The position numbers were made by a program, and so were the translations under genes. Under the pieces are notes generated by a model. The model did not search any database, was not told where the DNA came from, and worked only from the letters and a program-made list of their open reading frames with translations. 64,000 nucleotides of DNA from Magallana gigas (taxonomy: Eukaryota), in the NCBI RefSeq assembly GCF_963853765.1, contig NC_088855.1, positions 35,712,001 to 35,776,000 of the forward strand, read 5' to 3'. Positions 12,101 to 25,545 of the stretch are shown here, piece after piece; the stretch's first letter is position 1; the number at the start of each line of letters is the position of its first letter.

Positions 12101-14492
12101 GCAGTAGTTCAGCATTGTGGCTGCCATGCAAGTGGAGCTTGTGGGCTTCTCCGTGTTTCCGGGGTCACCAGCAGGGTGCCATGTGATGTCACAAAACATT
12201 GGGCCACCCTCACTCATTCTCTCTATCCTAAATAATCACAAAAATAGGTTAACAACTGATACTTGAATTCTCTTGATGATATATTGCACATTTATAAATG
12301 CTTGAATTCAGGGTATTTCAATTTAAGTTATGTAACCAACCATATTTGTGATATAAATATGCACTTTGTGCTTAAATTGATAATTGGTAACTTTCACCAG
12401 ATTTACTCTATAGGCTTTTGGGGGGGGGGGGGGGGGGGGCTTGATAAAAACTATATGAATTTAGTGTTTTGTTACACATGCATTGAAAGTCACCCTTAAT
12501 TCATACATTTGGACACTAAATAAGAACTAAATGTCATATCCTGTCCTGTATACATGTAGTGATTTTGCAACTCAGATCTGTTCATAAGTACAGGTACAAT
12601 AAGGAAATGACCCAAATATTTTGTTGGCCTCGCTGATAACACAGTGGATTTTCCCTACACTCTAAGCTATTTTTATCACACATAAAATACCAAATGTAAC
12701 GCTAGGCTGAATACCGTACTAAGGGGATTTGCAAACAAATACTTTTAATTTACACAGTCATTCAGAAAACCCTTTTAATGTACAACAAACATGTTACCAG
12801 GATAAGAATTAATGCATTAATTGTGTTTTCAATTAAATCTATATTTCTTATACCAATTGACTGCATACAATATAATCCAGCATCGCTACAAATGTTTTGT
12901 TAATTTTTCTTTCATCTGTATACACAAATGAATATTTAAATAAAGTTCAGGTACAGAAATTATATTCTACAGTAAAATCAAACACAGAACAGTATTTTTT
13001 CTTTTTAATTCCACTGACATTTAATTTGATTCTTTAAATCCTTAGTACAGATGGCAGGATTAAATGACTACTGAATTGCATGCTTCATGGACTTCATTTA
13101 TAAACAAGGTGAAGGTCGTAGTAGTATCACGATTAACCAGCATGGAACCAATATTGATACTTTCAAAAATGCTATATAAACTGCACTTAGAATGGAAAGC
13201 AATAAAATTTGTGCACAGATGACATTTATGAGCATAATGTACACACTTGCAACAGTTCATATAGATTTGTTCATAAAAAGTCACCAAAAATAGGTTACTG
13301 CACTCTTATAGCAAGAAATCTATTTAAAAACTAAAAAAGGGAAGTACGTGTTTTTCATGCTCTAGCTGCATGATAGCTTAATGTAGTGACTATTGCGATG
13401 CATGTCAAGTTGAAGGATAAATAACAAATCTAATAGGTAAACAAAGAATAATCAAAACAAATCATTTGAATGATGTACATGTATTATAATACAGTTACTT
13501 TAGATAATTGAATTAATCAAGGAATAATCAAGGAATCGTTTTTTATGCATTATGATTGAGGTTATCACATACGTTCAGGTGTAATCAATTCCAATAAAGC
13601 TCAAAGGGATTCATGATAGATTTGATCACGCCCAACTGTATTTGATCACCTCATAATATTCAAACTTAAGAACGATTCCTCATTACTTATATTTATGTAC
13701 CGGTAATCTTCAGCAATGGTATGATTAAATATCAAATAGTCATTGATGAAAAGTAATGGACTATAACAATACCTTACAAAATTGATTCATAGTTTTATCA
13801 CAGACAAATACACGGGAAAATGTAAATAAAGTAAATTGCCTTTAATGTTTTTATTCTTATTTAAAAATGAAATACGAATCTTTAAAATTTATCATGCAAT
13901 TATAAATATTAATTTTTGTTTCCAATAAATGAAAAAGTTTTTAGAGACGGCTCTGACAAACACTGAACATATAGACACCACTTCGGATAGCTCAACATTT
14001 ATTCACTTTTTAAATATCCTTTCACCTTATTTCATCTAGGAAATTTGAGGATATTTTCTTTTCAAATTGATTTTAAATTATTAATTGCAAATTGAGGGAC
14101 AGTACTTTAATTGAATGTAATGATATCTGCTTTTGATAAATATTATAACATGTTTAAAATGAAAATTTTGCTTATGAAATAAATTAATCAGAATGTTTAG
14201 AATTACCTCATCAAATAAAAAACAATTTGTTTATTGACAAGTTTTCCAATCTTTATCTTAAAAAATCCTGATTTTCCGCCACTGACCTGCTGACTAGATT
14301 GACTGCTCCATTAGCCGTCCGGGGAGGAAAGAACTCGAGGGAGTACCAGGGATCCCCTGACTGTATCCTACGATTCATGCGCTCTGTAAGGCTTCGGTAT
14401 TCCCCATACTCTGACTCATGCACAGGAGAGTATGGGGTTTCTTTGTAGTTAGAGTTCCCATTGGTGGCTCTCCCATTCAACAACTCTGGCAT
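9115..14492 (-). CDS. MTHFR: Methylenetetrahydrofolate reductase, 9 coding exons
   Basis: Minus-strand exons 14492-14287, 12227-11986, 11838-11722, 11426-11233, 10885-10319, 10103-9921, 9817-9719, 9607-9488, 9339-9115 (TAA), all GT-AG and phase-compatible. Motifs: [81 protein letters not shown]. Both the catalytic TIM barrel and the SAM-binding regulatory domain are present. Confidence 0.97.
13525..13700. mobile_element. Dispersed repeat fragment shared, in opposite orientation, with 31790-32175
   Basis: ATGATAGATTTGATCACGCCC (~13612) is the reverse complement of GGGCGTGATCAAATCTATCAT (~31808). Both regions contain ATCACCTCATAATATTCAAA. Confidence 0.6.
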
Positions 14493-15233
14493 TTTGGTTG
14501 TTTACTGCAAATTAATGACAAAAATGGATATTTTTTATATTTGTAAAAGTACCATGAAAATATATTTTCTTGTAATATGATGCCATATTTCTTTTTGGTT
14601 ACCATAATCAATTTCTAAACATGATTTTAATTTCCATATCATTATTGCAAAGCAATAACTTAACATAAAACTTGCAGAAAATTACAAAATTTTCCTCTGC
14701 TGTCTAATATGATTGATTTGATATTTAATTGTTTTCTCTAAAATTAATAGCGGCATTTTTAACTCCAATTAAAATGATTTTTTTTTTTTGAAATCTTAAG
14801 AACTAATATTCTGTCAATTTATGTAAAAAGTTCTACACAAAATAAAAAGATTAGAAACTGACTCAAATTCACATCGTCATATGTTTGGCAAGCATTAAAC
14901 ATGAACCTTTTGCAAACCAAATTAAAAAATGAGCAAGGTCTTAATCATTGTGTCTAAACCAGTAAAATAAGTATACAGTAATTTTAAGCCAAGCACTAAT
15001 TTTCTTCATAGATATAACAAAAAAAATTACGTAAGTATAAAATTCAAGTTTATATGGAAAAAAAAACCTGCAAATTTTTTTTGGCAATAACGGTTTAACT
15101 GCAAGCATCATTTTCTAATGTTGCAAAGTGTTTAGAGAATTAAAAGATGATCGCATATAAATGAACAAAACTAAAATATTGCATTGTTTACAGTTTCCGC
15201 ATCACCGGCGCTGACCACTCGCCACTCGCTTAC

Positions 15234-15370
15234 CGTTAATCATCGTTAGAACGGATGCATTAATTATCCTAATGTTAATATAACCTCCTCTGCATATATT
15301 GAAACACTTCCCATTCATAAGTTTAAAAAATTTGCAATGCAATACCTTAAACTTAATCAGCTGATTGGGT
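15234..15370 (-). promoter_or_regulatory. Probable MTHFR non-coding first exon and proximal promoter
   Basis: On the minus strand: donor ACG|GTAAGC at 15233/15234, matching acceptor TTTGCAG at 14505-14506 (12 nt before the ATG), and CCAATCAG at ~15361-15368. The transcription start is not determinable. Confidence 0.5.
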
Positions 15371-16161
15371 TTGTTGTATTTGTATACAAATATTCTACGG
15401 GTTCCTCTCTGGTTGCGTTAAAATCTGAAGAGACCTGACATAGAGTCAAGCTGGGTTTATATACTACTCGGCCAACCAATGAAAATCGAGTTCTGGTTCT
15501 ATATATAGATTCTCATCGGAAAACCTCGGTTTGCTTTAATAAATAGATTTCGTTTTACATTGATCAGTGGCGGATCTTCTATTTTATGGAGAAATATTTC
15601 TACTCCCGCTTTTCTACTCCCGCTTGAAGTTATATTTTTCTACCACTTGTTTCTGCAATAACGTCATAATTAAATAAAAAATACCTCTTTAGCATGATAT
15701 TATTTTTATATAATGGAGTAAACTTTTTTTTAACAAAAAAACGTGAAAAATCAAAATATTCTTTTCCATACCATGGAAAAAAGAAAAGAATTAGGCCTTT
15801 ATTGTACACAATGTAACATTTAACTCATAATGCGCCTTCAATCGTGGAATATATTTAAAATCGAACCAACTTAAATGGGTATGAAACCTATAAAAGTGAG
15901 ATCGACCATTGAAGTTTTATTCACATCGAGGTCACAATGACTATATTCCATCATGTACTTATGCAGCAGTATATGTCCATGATTCTGTAGATTACACTTA
16001 TGGTGGCAGATTCCACCCTCTGCACATGCGTGTAATTAAGGACGTTAAGTCCTAAATAAGTTGAATTTCAAAAGAATTGTTGGAGCTATTTTTTTTTAAT
16101 ATCGCCGTATTCTTTTTTTAGGAAAATCATCTCAAATCGGTTGATGAACATATACCAATTT

Positions 16162-16306
16162 NNNNNNNNNNNNNNNNNNNNNNNNNNNNNNNNNNNNNNN
16201 NNNNNNNNNNNNNNNNNNNNNNNNNNNNNNNNNNNNNNNNNNNNNNNNNNNNNNNNNNNNNNNNNNNNNNNNNNNNNNNNNNNNNNNNNNNNNNNNNNNN
16301 NNNNNN
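16162..16306. other. Assembly gap (N run)
   Basis: Direct reading. Confidence 1.
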
Positions 16307-17539
16307 AATGATTAAAACTACGATAATCATAAATGACCAAGCCAACAGTAACACATGCACATAAAAAATATTTTATGTACAATCATATAATGGAATTAAT
16401 CAAATTTAAAATTATTTCTTGAGTACAAGAATATTCAGTCTGAGCCTGGGCTTAAAACTCATGCCCTCCGGACGCTTAACACTATCAGTCATATTATCCC
16501 GTAATTTTTAAACACGACACCCCTTAACTTTTCGAGAAAAAATGTAATCTTTCTTCGCTGTACAACTTATCTTTAGCAAGTTCAAACCAATGAATTGATT
16601 ACCGATCCGTGATAGGGTGGCAACTGCTGCAAATAGTAGTCCATACACAACAGGTAAGAAACCATTTTACCTCTAATAATTTATGCGCGTAATCTATATA
16701 CATATAAACATTGTTTGCATGTAGTATGATGTATATGGACGTGTATGTGTATACCCAGTGTGTCTGTCAGTGTGTCCCCCTCAAATCTCGGTCAGGAGAC
16801 ACGAATAACGCGGCCACATACAGGTGAAATAATACCGAGTTTTGCCGCTCTGCGTACTGAGCTTTGTGATTATGAATTATCAGAGATACTTTAAATGTAT
16901 TATTTCAAAAACAAATTTAGTTTTTGATATAAGACAGATTCAAAGAAATATTCAGGTGTCTAATTTCAATTTACTCGTACTATTAATAGCTAAATACTTA
17001 TCATTCCGAATGCACCAAGGAAATAACATATCAAGATACGGGTAGATATACAAGGCCGGTCCACGCTCTAACTGTATAAATAATTTTCTCCTTAGCTTAT
17101 AATCTTGAACTCTTTTATTATATATCAAACAGGATTTTTGCGTTTTGAACATTTAATGGGGCACATTTTTTTATATAAATAAATAACATAAAGTCCAGAG
17201 GCACATCGATGATGAGCACCGGCTAAAGGTGCACCGAAGTTTTTACACATATTATAGAGTCTTAATAAGCACGGCTCACTTAGAAACACAAAGCTTAAAA
17301 CACACTTTAAAACTATTCGTACAAATTGGCCATTAATTTGGGATAAAATTGAAGAAGGTTTTAAAATATTTTGGGTAAAATATAAATTTTACAAAGATCC
17401 TATCAATATTTCATTGATTGCATTCGTAAACAAATTAATACTTGCTATATCTGCTAATTTTTCACATTAATCTAAAAGAAAGAATAGTTCTTATTTTGCA
17501 TAATTTTATATTTTGAATCCAATATGCTGTTTGCTCAAC

Positions 17540-18115
17540 TGGTTAATTATCAATCATTATCAAGGAAACATCTTTGTCAATTTTTAAGTTGGGTTAATTT
17601 TACAATAATAGTAAAATTGTACATTTATTGCATGATTGTGAGGGAAATATGAAGATATATTCTGCCATAGAAATTCATATTTCCCGAGGGAAATATGATT
17701 TTTCTGAGGGAATAAATCTTCATATTTCCCGAACGTTCATGGAATAAATTGTTTATTATACCGATCGACAGGTGCATGATACATGTAATCTTGAACACAC
17801 CGGTTTCTAATCGTTTTTCAATTTTAGTAAAGCAATAACGTAGTTAAAGTTTACCGGTTTCTTTCTATAACAGTTTTCTGATATCAAAAAGGATTTAAAA
17901 CGATTTTTAATAGAATTTATCATTTAATTACATCGTATGCTCGTCCTCGGGATTTTTCATAAACATAAAATGAAAGTTAGAAGGGATGTGATATGATGAA
18001 AAATATGACGATTACAGGGAAATATGAAGTTTTATTGCCCTGGCAAGTGATTGTCTAGAACCAATCAAATGTCGCGTTATAAAGAATGATGATATTGAGG
18101 TATAATATTAAAAAG
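17540..18115. mobile_element. Hairpin-bearing non-autonomous element
   Basis: Imperfect palindrome at 17623-17749 centred on CATATTTCCCGAGGGAAATATG. GGGAAATATGAAG repeats at ~18017, and a terminal AACCAATCAAATGTCGCG motif lies at ~18059. Confidence 0.55.
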
Positions 18116-18952
18116 ATATTTCCATTTCGTTTTGCTTTCTTCCTTTTTATCTGTATTTCACGGACACCAAATCATCTGTATCCGTAAAGAAATATGTATA
18201 CATGCAACTGCAAAAAATCATGATCACAGTTTGCCATTGTGTGCAAGGACGATACGTCAAATTATTCATCACTGCAATCCAATGCACATCTAAACCACGT
18301 GTTTTGTATTAATGTTATACTCTAAAATGACCATATATACTTAGGAACAAAATTTATAATATGACCTATTCTGATTAGCGAGTTACACAACAATCTACCC
18401 ACCCAATAATGAATTCAAACCAAATCGTTAATTTAAAAAAAAATTAGGCTCCTTATTTAATTCAAACAACATTACATTAAGAAAATCATAAAAGGATTCA
18501 TTGGACAGCAGACACTTCCTATATAAGACCTCTCAATAAAAAAGGTTTCACAATGGATTCCAATTCATTTGGGATGTATGTACCACATTTTTTTTGGTTA
18601 TAAAGTTGAATGTAAAGAAGGACAGAACTTCAAAGGCTTCAAAGACACGCGTCGAGTTAGATGGATTTATATCATCATACAACGTGGGTTAACGTGCCTG
18701 TGTGTGGATAACCGTCTCATCTTTTACTTAGGAATAGCTTATTGATTTACAATTTGTCAAATGGAGCTAAACAACCACTTCTAAACTCAAACGTTTAAAC
18801 AGTTTCTGCATTTTATTTCAAATTCATGTTTATTCAAGGTATACTTACAAAGGTATTTCGTTTACGGCGTTCGAACCCGGCCTATCACATTAAATATAGA
18901 TCTATGTCTTTTCCTATATTGTAGGTGGAGAATAATAATTACTAGGTGGAGT

Positions 18953-20977
18953 ATGGGGAGAACAGGAGGACGTGTGAAGATTGTGGCACTTGTTTTGGTT
19001 TTTCTGGTTGTCTGCACAGTTGTTGGAGTTGTGACATGGCATTTAACCAAGCATTCTTACCAAAAGGACGATGGAGCTAACTCAAAGAAAGCTTCGTCTG
19101 GATTACAGCTAGGAGACACTACTGTCGATGAAAAGCTAGGTGTTAACATTAAACGAAGGACAGAGAATTTTAACGTTTTGACAGGTCAACTTTGGAGCGA
19201 CCCGACACGTGAAAATGTAAAGCAATGGACAAAATCGAGCGACAATAAAGGAATCGCGGAATGGTCACGTGACCGGAAGTTAGAGGTAACCTTCAAGGAG
19301 GAGGGTGGTGTCCCTTGCTATCGGATTGACTGGCAGGTGACGGTTGGTATGGAGACTGTACTGACGGACTGCTGGAATATCGGCGAGGCTCACTGGTACG
19401 GGGGATTTGAGGATTACTATCAGCCGTGGCCTCTAGAGAAAAGGTCCAAAAACTTGACGGCTTATGTTCCTCACGATTCGTACCAAAAACTACTTGGTGG
19501 AGTGCAAGAAAGGTTTTTCATTTCTTCCAAAGGCGTGGGTGTATACATTGAAGACGATGTGCCACTTTTCATAAGTATCAACGCTTTCAACGACAAACAA
19601 ATGTGTTTACAAGCTAAATACGTGAGGCACCCTTACCAAAATTTCAGAAGACGTCTTCCTTCACTCAGCTACCATATATGCGTTTCTGAAAACGTGAGAT
19701 TAATCCACGACTATATGATGAGAACTTTTATAAAACTCAGACCGACGGACATCCCTGATAAGACAATGTTTCGGAAACCGATATGGTCGACATGGGCACA
19801 GTATCACAAGGACATTAATGAGTCGCTCGTCTTGGACTTTGCAGATAACATCATCAAGAACAATTTTACCCATTCTCAGTTAGAGATTGACGATGACTGG
19901 ACTCCAAAGTATGGGGACATGGATTTTAATAATGTAAAGTTTCCTGACCCAAAATCTATGGTGAAGAAGCTGAACGATAAGGGGTTCCGAGTGACTGTTT
20001 GGCTGCACCCATTCTTCAACATTGATTCAAACGCTTTTATAGAAGCAGCCTCGAAGTTCTATTTGATCAAGGAATTCGATTCTCTACGACCTGGTTTGAC
20101 ATCGTGGTGGGATGGTAAGCTAGCAGGGATACTTGATGCAACAAATCCTGAAGCAGTGGAATGGTACTTAAACAAAACAAAGTTTCTTCAAGATACATAT
20201 AACATAAGCTCTTTCAAGTTCGACGCCGGCGAGGTGAACTGGCTTCCTTTTGTGTATTCTGCAAGTTTTGATATTCCAAGCGAATATACCAAACATTGGG
20301 CAAGTCTTGCTTACAAATCGGACACCTCAATTCGTCACCAAGAAGCTCGAGTCGGCTCCAGGAGTCAGGATCTACCCATTTTCATCAGAATGTTGGACAA
20401 AGACAGCAATTGGGATTACAAAAATGGTTTAAAAACCTTAATTCCCACGGCTTTGACTTTTGGAATTCTGGGATATCCCTTTATACTTCCGGATATGATT
20501 GGTGGAAACGCATACAACAGGCAGCCGGAGAAAGAACTTTATATCCGATGGATGCAAGCTAACGCCTTTTTGCCATCGCTGCAGTTTTCAATAGTTCCTT
20601 GGCAGTATGATGACGAGGTGATCAACTTGACCCGTCGATACATTCAGCTTCATGGCGACTTCACAGACACCATCATAAGACTCGCCAGAGAGGCAGTGGA
20701 CACTGCAGCCCCCATCATCAGACCACTGTGGTGGGTGGCGCCGACTGATGAGGCGGCGCTCACAATAGACTCGGAATTTCTCCTCGGAAACGATATTCTT
20801 GTAGCACCAGTTTTGGAAAGTGGTGCTCGGTCACGTGATGTGTACTTGCCGCCGGGACAGTGGACTGATGAACTAAGAGGGGGCATAAAACAAGGAGGCT
20901 GGCATAGAAACTACAGGGTTGAACTCCATGAACTCCCGTATTTTAAAAGGAAATCTGAAATATTGGTATATGTGTAA
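18953..20977 (+). CDS. MYORG: Myogenesis-regulating glycosidase-like protein (GH31 family, type II membrane glycosidase), 674 aa, single coding exon
   Basis: N-terminal transmembrane helix (IVALVLVFLVVCTVVGVVTW). GH31 motifs PIWSTWAQY, LEIDDDW, FKFDAGE (nucleophile Asp), RMLDKDSNW (acid/base Asp), ILPDMIGGN, PIIRPLWW and YLPPGQW. A splice acceptor at 18923-18924 implies an upstream exon; a candidate donor is ACAG|GTAAGA near 16652. Confidence 0.9.
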   Translation: MGRTGGRVKIVALVLVFLVVCTVVGVVTWHLTKHSYQKDDGANSKKASSGLQLGDTTVDEKLGVNIKRRTENFNVLTGQLWSDPTRENVKQWTKSSDNKGIAEWSRDRKLEVTFKEEGGVPCYRIDWQVTVGMETVLTDCWNIGEAHWYGGFEDYYQPWPLEKRSKNLTAYVPHDSYQKLLGGVQERFFISSKGVGVYIEDDVPLFISINAFNDKQMCLQAKYVRHPYQNFRRRLPSLSYHICVSENVRLIHDYMMRTFIKLRPTDIPDKTMFRKPIWSTWAQYHKDINESLVLDFADNIIKNNFTHSQLEIDDDWTPKYGDMDFNNVKFPDPKSMVKKLNDKGFRVTVWLHPFFNIDSNAFIEAASKFYLIKEFDSLRPGLTSWWDGKLAGILDATNPEAVEWYLNKTKFLQDTYNISSFKFDAGEVNWLPFVYSASFDIPSEYTKHWASLAYKSDTSIRHQEARVGSRSQDLPIFIRMLDKDSNWDYKNGLKTLIPTALTFGILGYPFILPDMIGGNAYNRQPEKELYIRWMQANAFLPSLQFSIVPWQYDDEVINLTRRYIQLHGDFTDTIIRLAREAVDTAAPIIRPLWWVAPTDEAALTIDSEFLLGNDILVAPVLESGARSRDVYLPPGQWTDELRGGIKQGGWHRNYRVELHELPYFKRKSEILVYV

Positions 20978-21132
20978 AAGTAGACTTCTGACTATATATT
21001 ATGTGCATTTTCTCATGCACGTGATAGCGCTTTTAAAACATTTTTTTTGCTCAACTTTTTTGTTGTTTAGCTGTTTTATGTAAATTCCTTTGTATTAACG
21101 TGATAATAAGCAGAAAAGGGATAGTTTAGCTG

Positions 21133-21135
<3 letters not shown>

Positions 21136-21164
<29 letters not shown>
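21136..21164. repeat. (GA)n microsatellite
   Basis: Direct reading. Confidence 0.9.
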
Positions 21165-21167
<3 letters not shown>

Positions 21168-21497
21168 TAAAACATTGGGTATGAAAATATCGTTTTTCTT
21201 CAAAGATTGCCACGTAACGGTATACATGTACCTTCATGGCCCTAGCCTGTTAACCAATAAAGAACGTACGTTCATTTCATTGTTTACACATCCCTCGTCT
21301 ATGCTTCAATTAAATTAAGTATAAGTATGTAAATTAATTTAGTCGTTATTGTCGATCAGAACATTTCACAGATTAAACAGCCAGTTCTTCCATATATATT
21401 TACATTTGCAAATATGTTTCCTTTTATGTACGTCATCAATTGTACTGAGAAGCCATTTGGGATTCACGGGATTTCATAACTTGACAAACCAAGTTCA

Positions 21498-22062
21498 TTT
21501 AAACAATAAAATGCTCTCATTGGTGATTCATTCGGCATATGAAGGTAGCGACATTGCAGAAAAAATACATAACCCGCGTTAGCGGGTTATGTAATTTTTT
21601 CTGCAATGATCGCTACCTTCATAACCCGCATGAATCATCAAAGAAAGCGTTTTATTGTTTATATTAATATCTTTCTTTTAGTTAATTAATAAAAATTGAT
21701 TATGAAAAGTAAGTAAAATTCTCAAAGTTACTGTTAATGTACTAGTATATACGTACTAGTATATAAGTACGGTAGCTGAAAGAAACAGCCAAATCGTCTT
21801 CTGTGGGACTTTAACTCTGACATCATCATGAATATTTCGTACAGTCCGTGATTTTTCCTAGGTCGCTGTAGGTTTCAGCCAATTGATAGAGAGGACATGT
21901 CAATTTTTAGTCCTGTCAGTTTTAGCCGCTGTAGATTTTGATTTTGACCAATCAAAAAAAAAGGGGGCGTGTATTTTTCAGTCTGCTTGTTTCTATAGAG
22001 CTATGAATTAACTGTAAGTTTCCGTAAGAAATAAAGGGAATGATACTTGGTAGATGTAAATA
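21498..22062 (+). mobile_element. Hairpin-bearing dispersed repeat, copy 1 (direct repeat of 24643-25182)
   Basis: About 560 bp collinear with 24643-25182. It begins with a ~160-bp hairpin centred on ATAACCCGCGTTAGCGGGTTAT. Confidence 0.8.
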
Positions 22063-22576
22063 CATCTCGGTGAAGTTTCAACTGCGGTTTACTTCTTTAA
22101 CACTGCATACATCGGCCAATTCATACCTCATATAATGATGCAGGCGGCGAAATCAGCTGATGATTGCCGAAAGATAGAAAACTGCTTCCAGAAAGTTACA
22201 TGTATGGTCATATTTGCCTCACCCATGGGTTTGAATTTCACAATTGAAGAAGAGGGTATCTACCCAAGTCAATGGCTTCTGATTCGCTCTGCTACTCACG
22301 AAGATTGTTCAAAGGCTCTAACTAAAGAAAATATCTGTAGAGTATGAGATACGGTAATTGCCAGGATTCTGTAAACAACAATTGGATTGCAATAAATACA
22401 TTTAGCTTTTATTTATGCATTGAAGAATCGGAATAAACATAATACACAAAGCACATTGTAATATGAGATAAATTAACTTTACAATTTAAATTGCGGAACG
22501 AAGTGTTTTATTAATATGATGATATACTATATAACATAACTCTATCTAAATTTATTACACAGATACATGTATCAAA

Positions 22577-23954
22577 TCAATTCAGAACTGCAAGAATATT
22601 TTTAGCCGTGTTCACACTCATGGCTACCCTGGTTTCGGCAGTGTTTGTTCCCATGTGTGGCAGAATCACACATTTGGGCTGTGTCAGAAGAGGATGGCCC
22701 ACCGGAAGTGGTTCCGGGTCAGTGACGTCCAATCCAGCAGCAGCGATTGTCCCATCACTTAATGCTTCAGCCAAATCGTCATGGTTCACTACGACTCCTC
22801 TTGATGTATTGATCAGAATAGACGTTCTCTTCATTCTTTGTAACAGTTTACTGTTCACCATTCCTTTGGTCAGTGAGTTGACTCCACAACAGATGCACAG
22901 GATATCGGAGGAGCTGAAGAGAGTGTCCAATGAGACGTACTGGGCACAGTTCTCGGCATATTCTATTTCCTCCAAGTCGTTATACAGAATGCGTTCCACT
23001 CCAAAAGGTTTTATCCTGCGAGCTATTCCGAATCCGACTCGACCGAATCCCAGAATCCCGATGGTTTTGTTGATCAGGCCAGAGCCACACAGCCAAAATG
23101 GTTTCCAACAATGAAACAAATTCTGGCGAATGGCATCAATTCCTGTAGATAAATAATAATGAAATGTTCTGTAATTAAAAACAATTACTTATATTGGCAT
23201 TATTTTGCTCGTTTCTTTGTTTCAAAAGGCACACCGGGAGTTTTTTAATTGCTAACATTCTAATGACCTAACTCGCTTTGAACATGACTGATTTAAACTT
23301 CTTTACCAATCAAATGGTTTGTCTTGTTTCTTGACGCTTTCTATTAAAACTTGATGTCACGGTAAACAGGCTCTTTACGAAAGGAGCTTCACTTGATTTA
23401 ATACTTAAAGACTGTTGGTTGGGTGAAAAAGAGAGGTTTGTCCTAAATATTTACTTTTGTTCATTAGAAAAGCGCATTCGAAATCAATTCTTGCATACCT
23501 TGGACAATATTTCTTGACGTCATCAGTATCAATGCCACAGCGATGTCTGCAGCTGCGTCGGCTGCGATATCCGGTGTCTTGCAAACCTCGATCCCACGTC
23601 GGCGGCATTCGGCGACGTCAACGTTGTCCCAACCGGCAGACATGGTCGCCACTACTTTCAGCTGTGGTCCTGAAAAGCAATTCAAACATGTGTAACATAT
23701 CAAGTGAGATAACTCTGTCTATCTTCATTGCAAAAATCAATTCCGTATTAAATACCAGCAGCTTCGAGAATCCCGGCATCGATGATATCAGACACCGTAC
23801 AAAACAGGGCAGAAATGCCCCCCACAGCTGTCAAAAGAGTTTCCTTCGGAATAGGTTCCTCGCTGTCCCATATTTCCACTTTATATTTCTGTTTAAGGAG
23901 AGCTATCGCTTCGTTCCCGACTTGTCGTGTTATGTAGACTCTGTTTTCCGGCAT
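22577..23954 (-). CDS. GRHPR: Glyoxylate/hydroxypyruvate reductase-like D-2-hydroxyacid dehydrogenase, copy A (catalytic residues intact)
   Basis: Exons 23954-23756, 23669-23499, 23142-22577, with phase-1 GT-AG introns. Motifs: VYITR, TMSAGWD, WKPFWLCG, Rossmann GFGRVG, INTSRG (Arg), LDVTDPEP (Glu), ILPHMG (His). Confidence 0.9.
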
Positions 23955-24344
23955 CGTAACTATTTCTACCACTCTGTAGGAACCCAAGGACAAAACTCTG
24001 TGAAAGAAAAATCAATGTTTTACTTGATGGCATTCACCTTTGCACGTAGTAGCAACTTAATGCAATATGCGTCAGTTCACCAAGAAAATATATGTATATA
24101 AAACAATTATTAAATTAAAACGTACATGTCTACATTGTTTTATTTTTAAAATTTGTGAATAAATATAAAAAAGTTGGTCATTTGTTTTTACAATTTACAT
24201 ATTTAATTTCATGCTGAAACTATAAGGTAATCAAATGGGAGAAAAATAGAAGACAGGGAATGGGTCAACGCATGAATACATATGCATGTTTTTTCATATA
24301 AATCGTGAAACAGAATAATGAAAGAACTATATAAGTTTGTTTAT

Positions 24345-25270
24345 TATACTTTCATGTTAAATACTGAAATCTGATTGGTTTAGACGCAGTTGATAATCCG
24401 TTCTATTACCCTCAGCTTTAGCAACACACTTAGCAACGGGTAACATTATATAAATGGTGCATGTTTGGGAGGATAACACTTGAAATTGACACCCCGAGGA
24501 AACCATTGTCAACCTACGCGAAGCGGAGGTTGACAATGGTTTTCGAGGGGTTTCAATTTCAACTGTTATCCTCCCAAACACAGGCACTATTTATTTTATT
24601 ATATTGAATGTCTTAATTTTAGAGACTTTTTTACTGCTTTTATTTAAACAATAAAATGCTTTCTGTGGTGATTCATTTAGGATATGAAGGTAGCGACATT
24701 GCAAGAAAAATACATAACTGTGTTAGCGGTAAAATATTGCAAATTTTTCCTGCAATGATCGCTACCTTCATAACCCGCATGAATCATTAAAGAAAGCATT
24801 TTATTGTTTATATTAACATCTTTCTTTAACTAATTAATAAACTGATTATGAAAAGTTAGTAAAATTCACTAAATTACTGTTAATGTACAAAAGTACGTTA
24901 GCTAAAAGAAACAGCCAAATCGTCTCCTGTGATACTTAGAGTCTGGCATCGTCATGATTATTTCGTGCAGTCCGGGATTTTACTAAGGTCGCTGTAGGTT
25001 CAGACCAATCGATAAACAGCCTGGGCGTGTCAATTTCAGTCCTGTCACTTTCAGCCGCTGTAGATTTCGACCAATCGATAAATAGGGCGTGTAGATTTCA
25101 GTCTGGCTGTTTCTATAGAGCTATGAATTAACTATAAGTTTCCGTAAGAAATAGAGGAAATTATGCTTGGTAGATGTAAATATATAGAAATGGCGTCAAT
25201 TCCACGGCGAACCGTACGCGCATGATTTACGTGCATGTAACAATTCGTTATGTTACATACACATAAGTTA
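24345..25270 (+). mobile_element. Composite hairpin-bearing element; includes copy 2 of the 21498 repeat (24643-25182)
   Basis: Left end TATTATACTTTCATG...CTGATTGGTT, a ~120-bp hairpin at 24462-24580 (loop TACGCGAAGCGGA), then a second hairpin and body matching 21498-22062. Confidence 0.75.
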
Positions 25271-25545
25271 AAGTTTCTTAGCAATCAGGTCTCTTCACTG
25301 TAACAATATCGGATTTAAAATCATATTTTATGGAAATTATAAAAAAATTATTAAAGAGAAATATTAAAAGTAAATTTATAAGTAATAATTAATTCCCTCC
25401 CTGCCCTCATAGACAGTTCGTGTCTATAGTAATACACATACTCAATAAAGAAACTAACACGTCCAAACTTTTCAATCGAACGAATAACTGAAAATATAGG
25501 ATTTTGAGCTTTGTTACGTTGATTTTTAGGAGTTAGTTTTTAGGT

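Noticed and set aside
16086-16382. ORFs spanning N runs (also 29471-29698)
   Set aside because: They are artefacts of assembly gaps.
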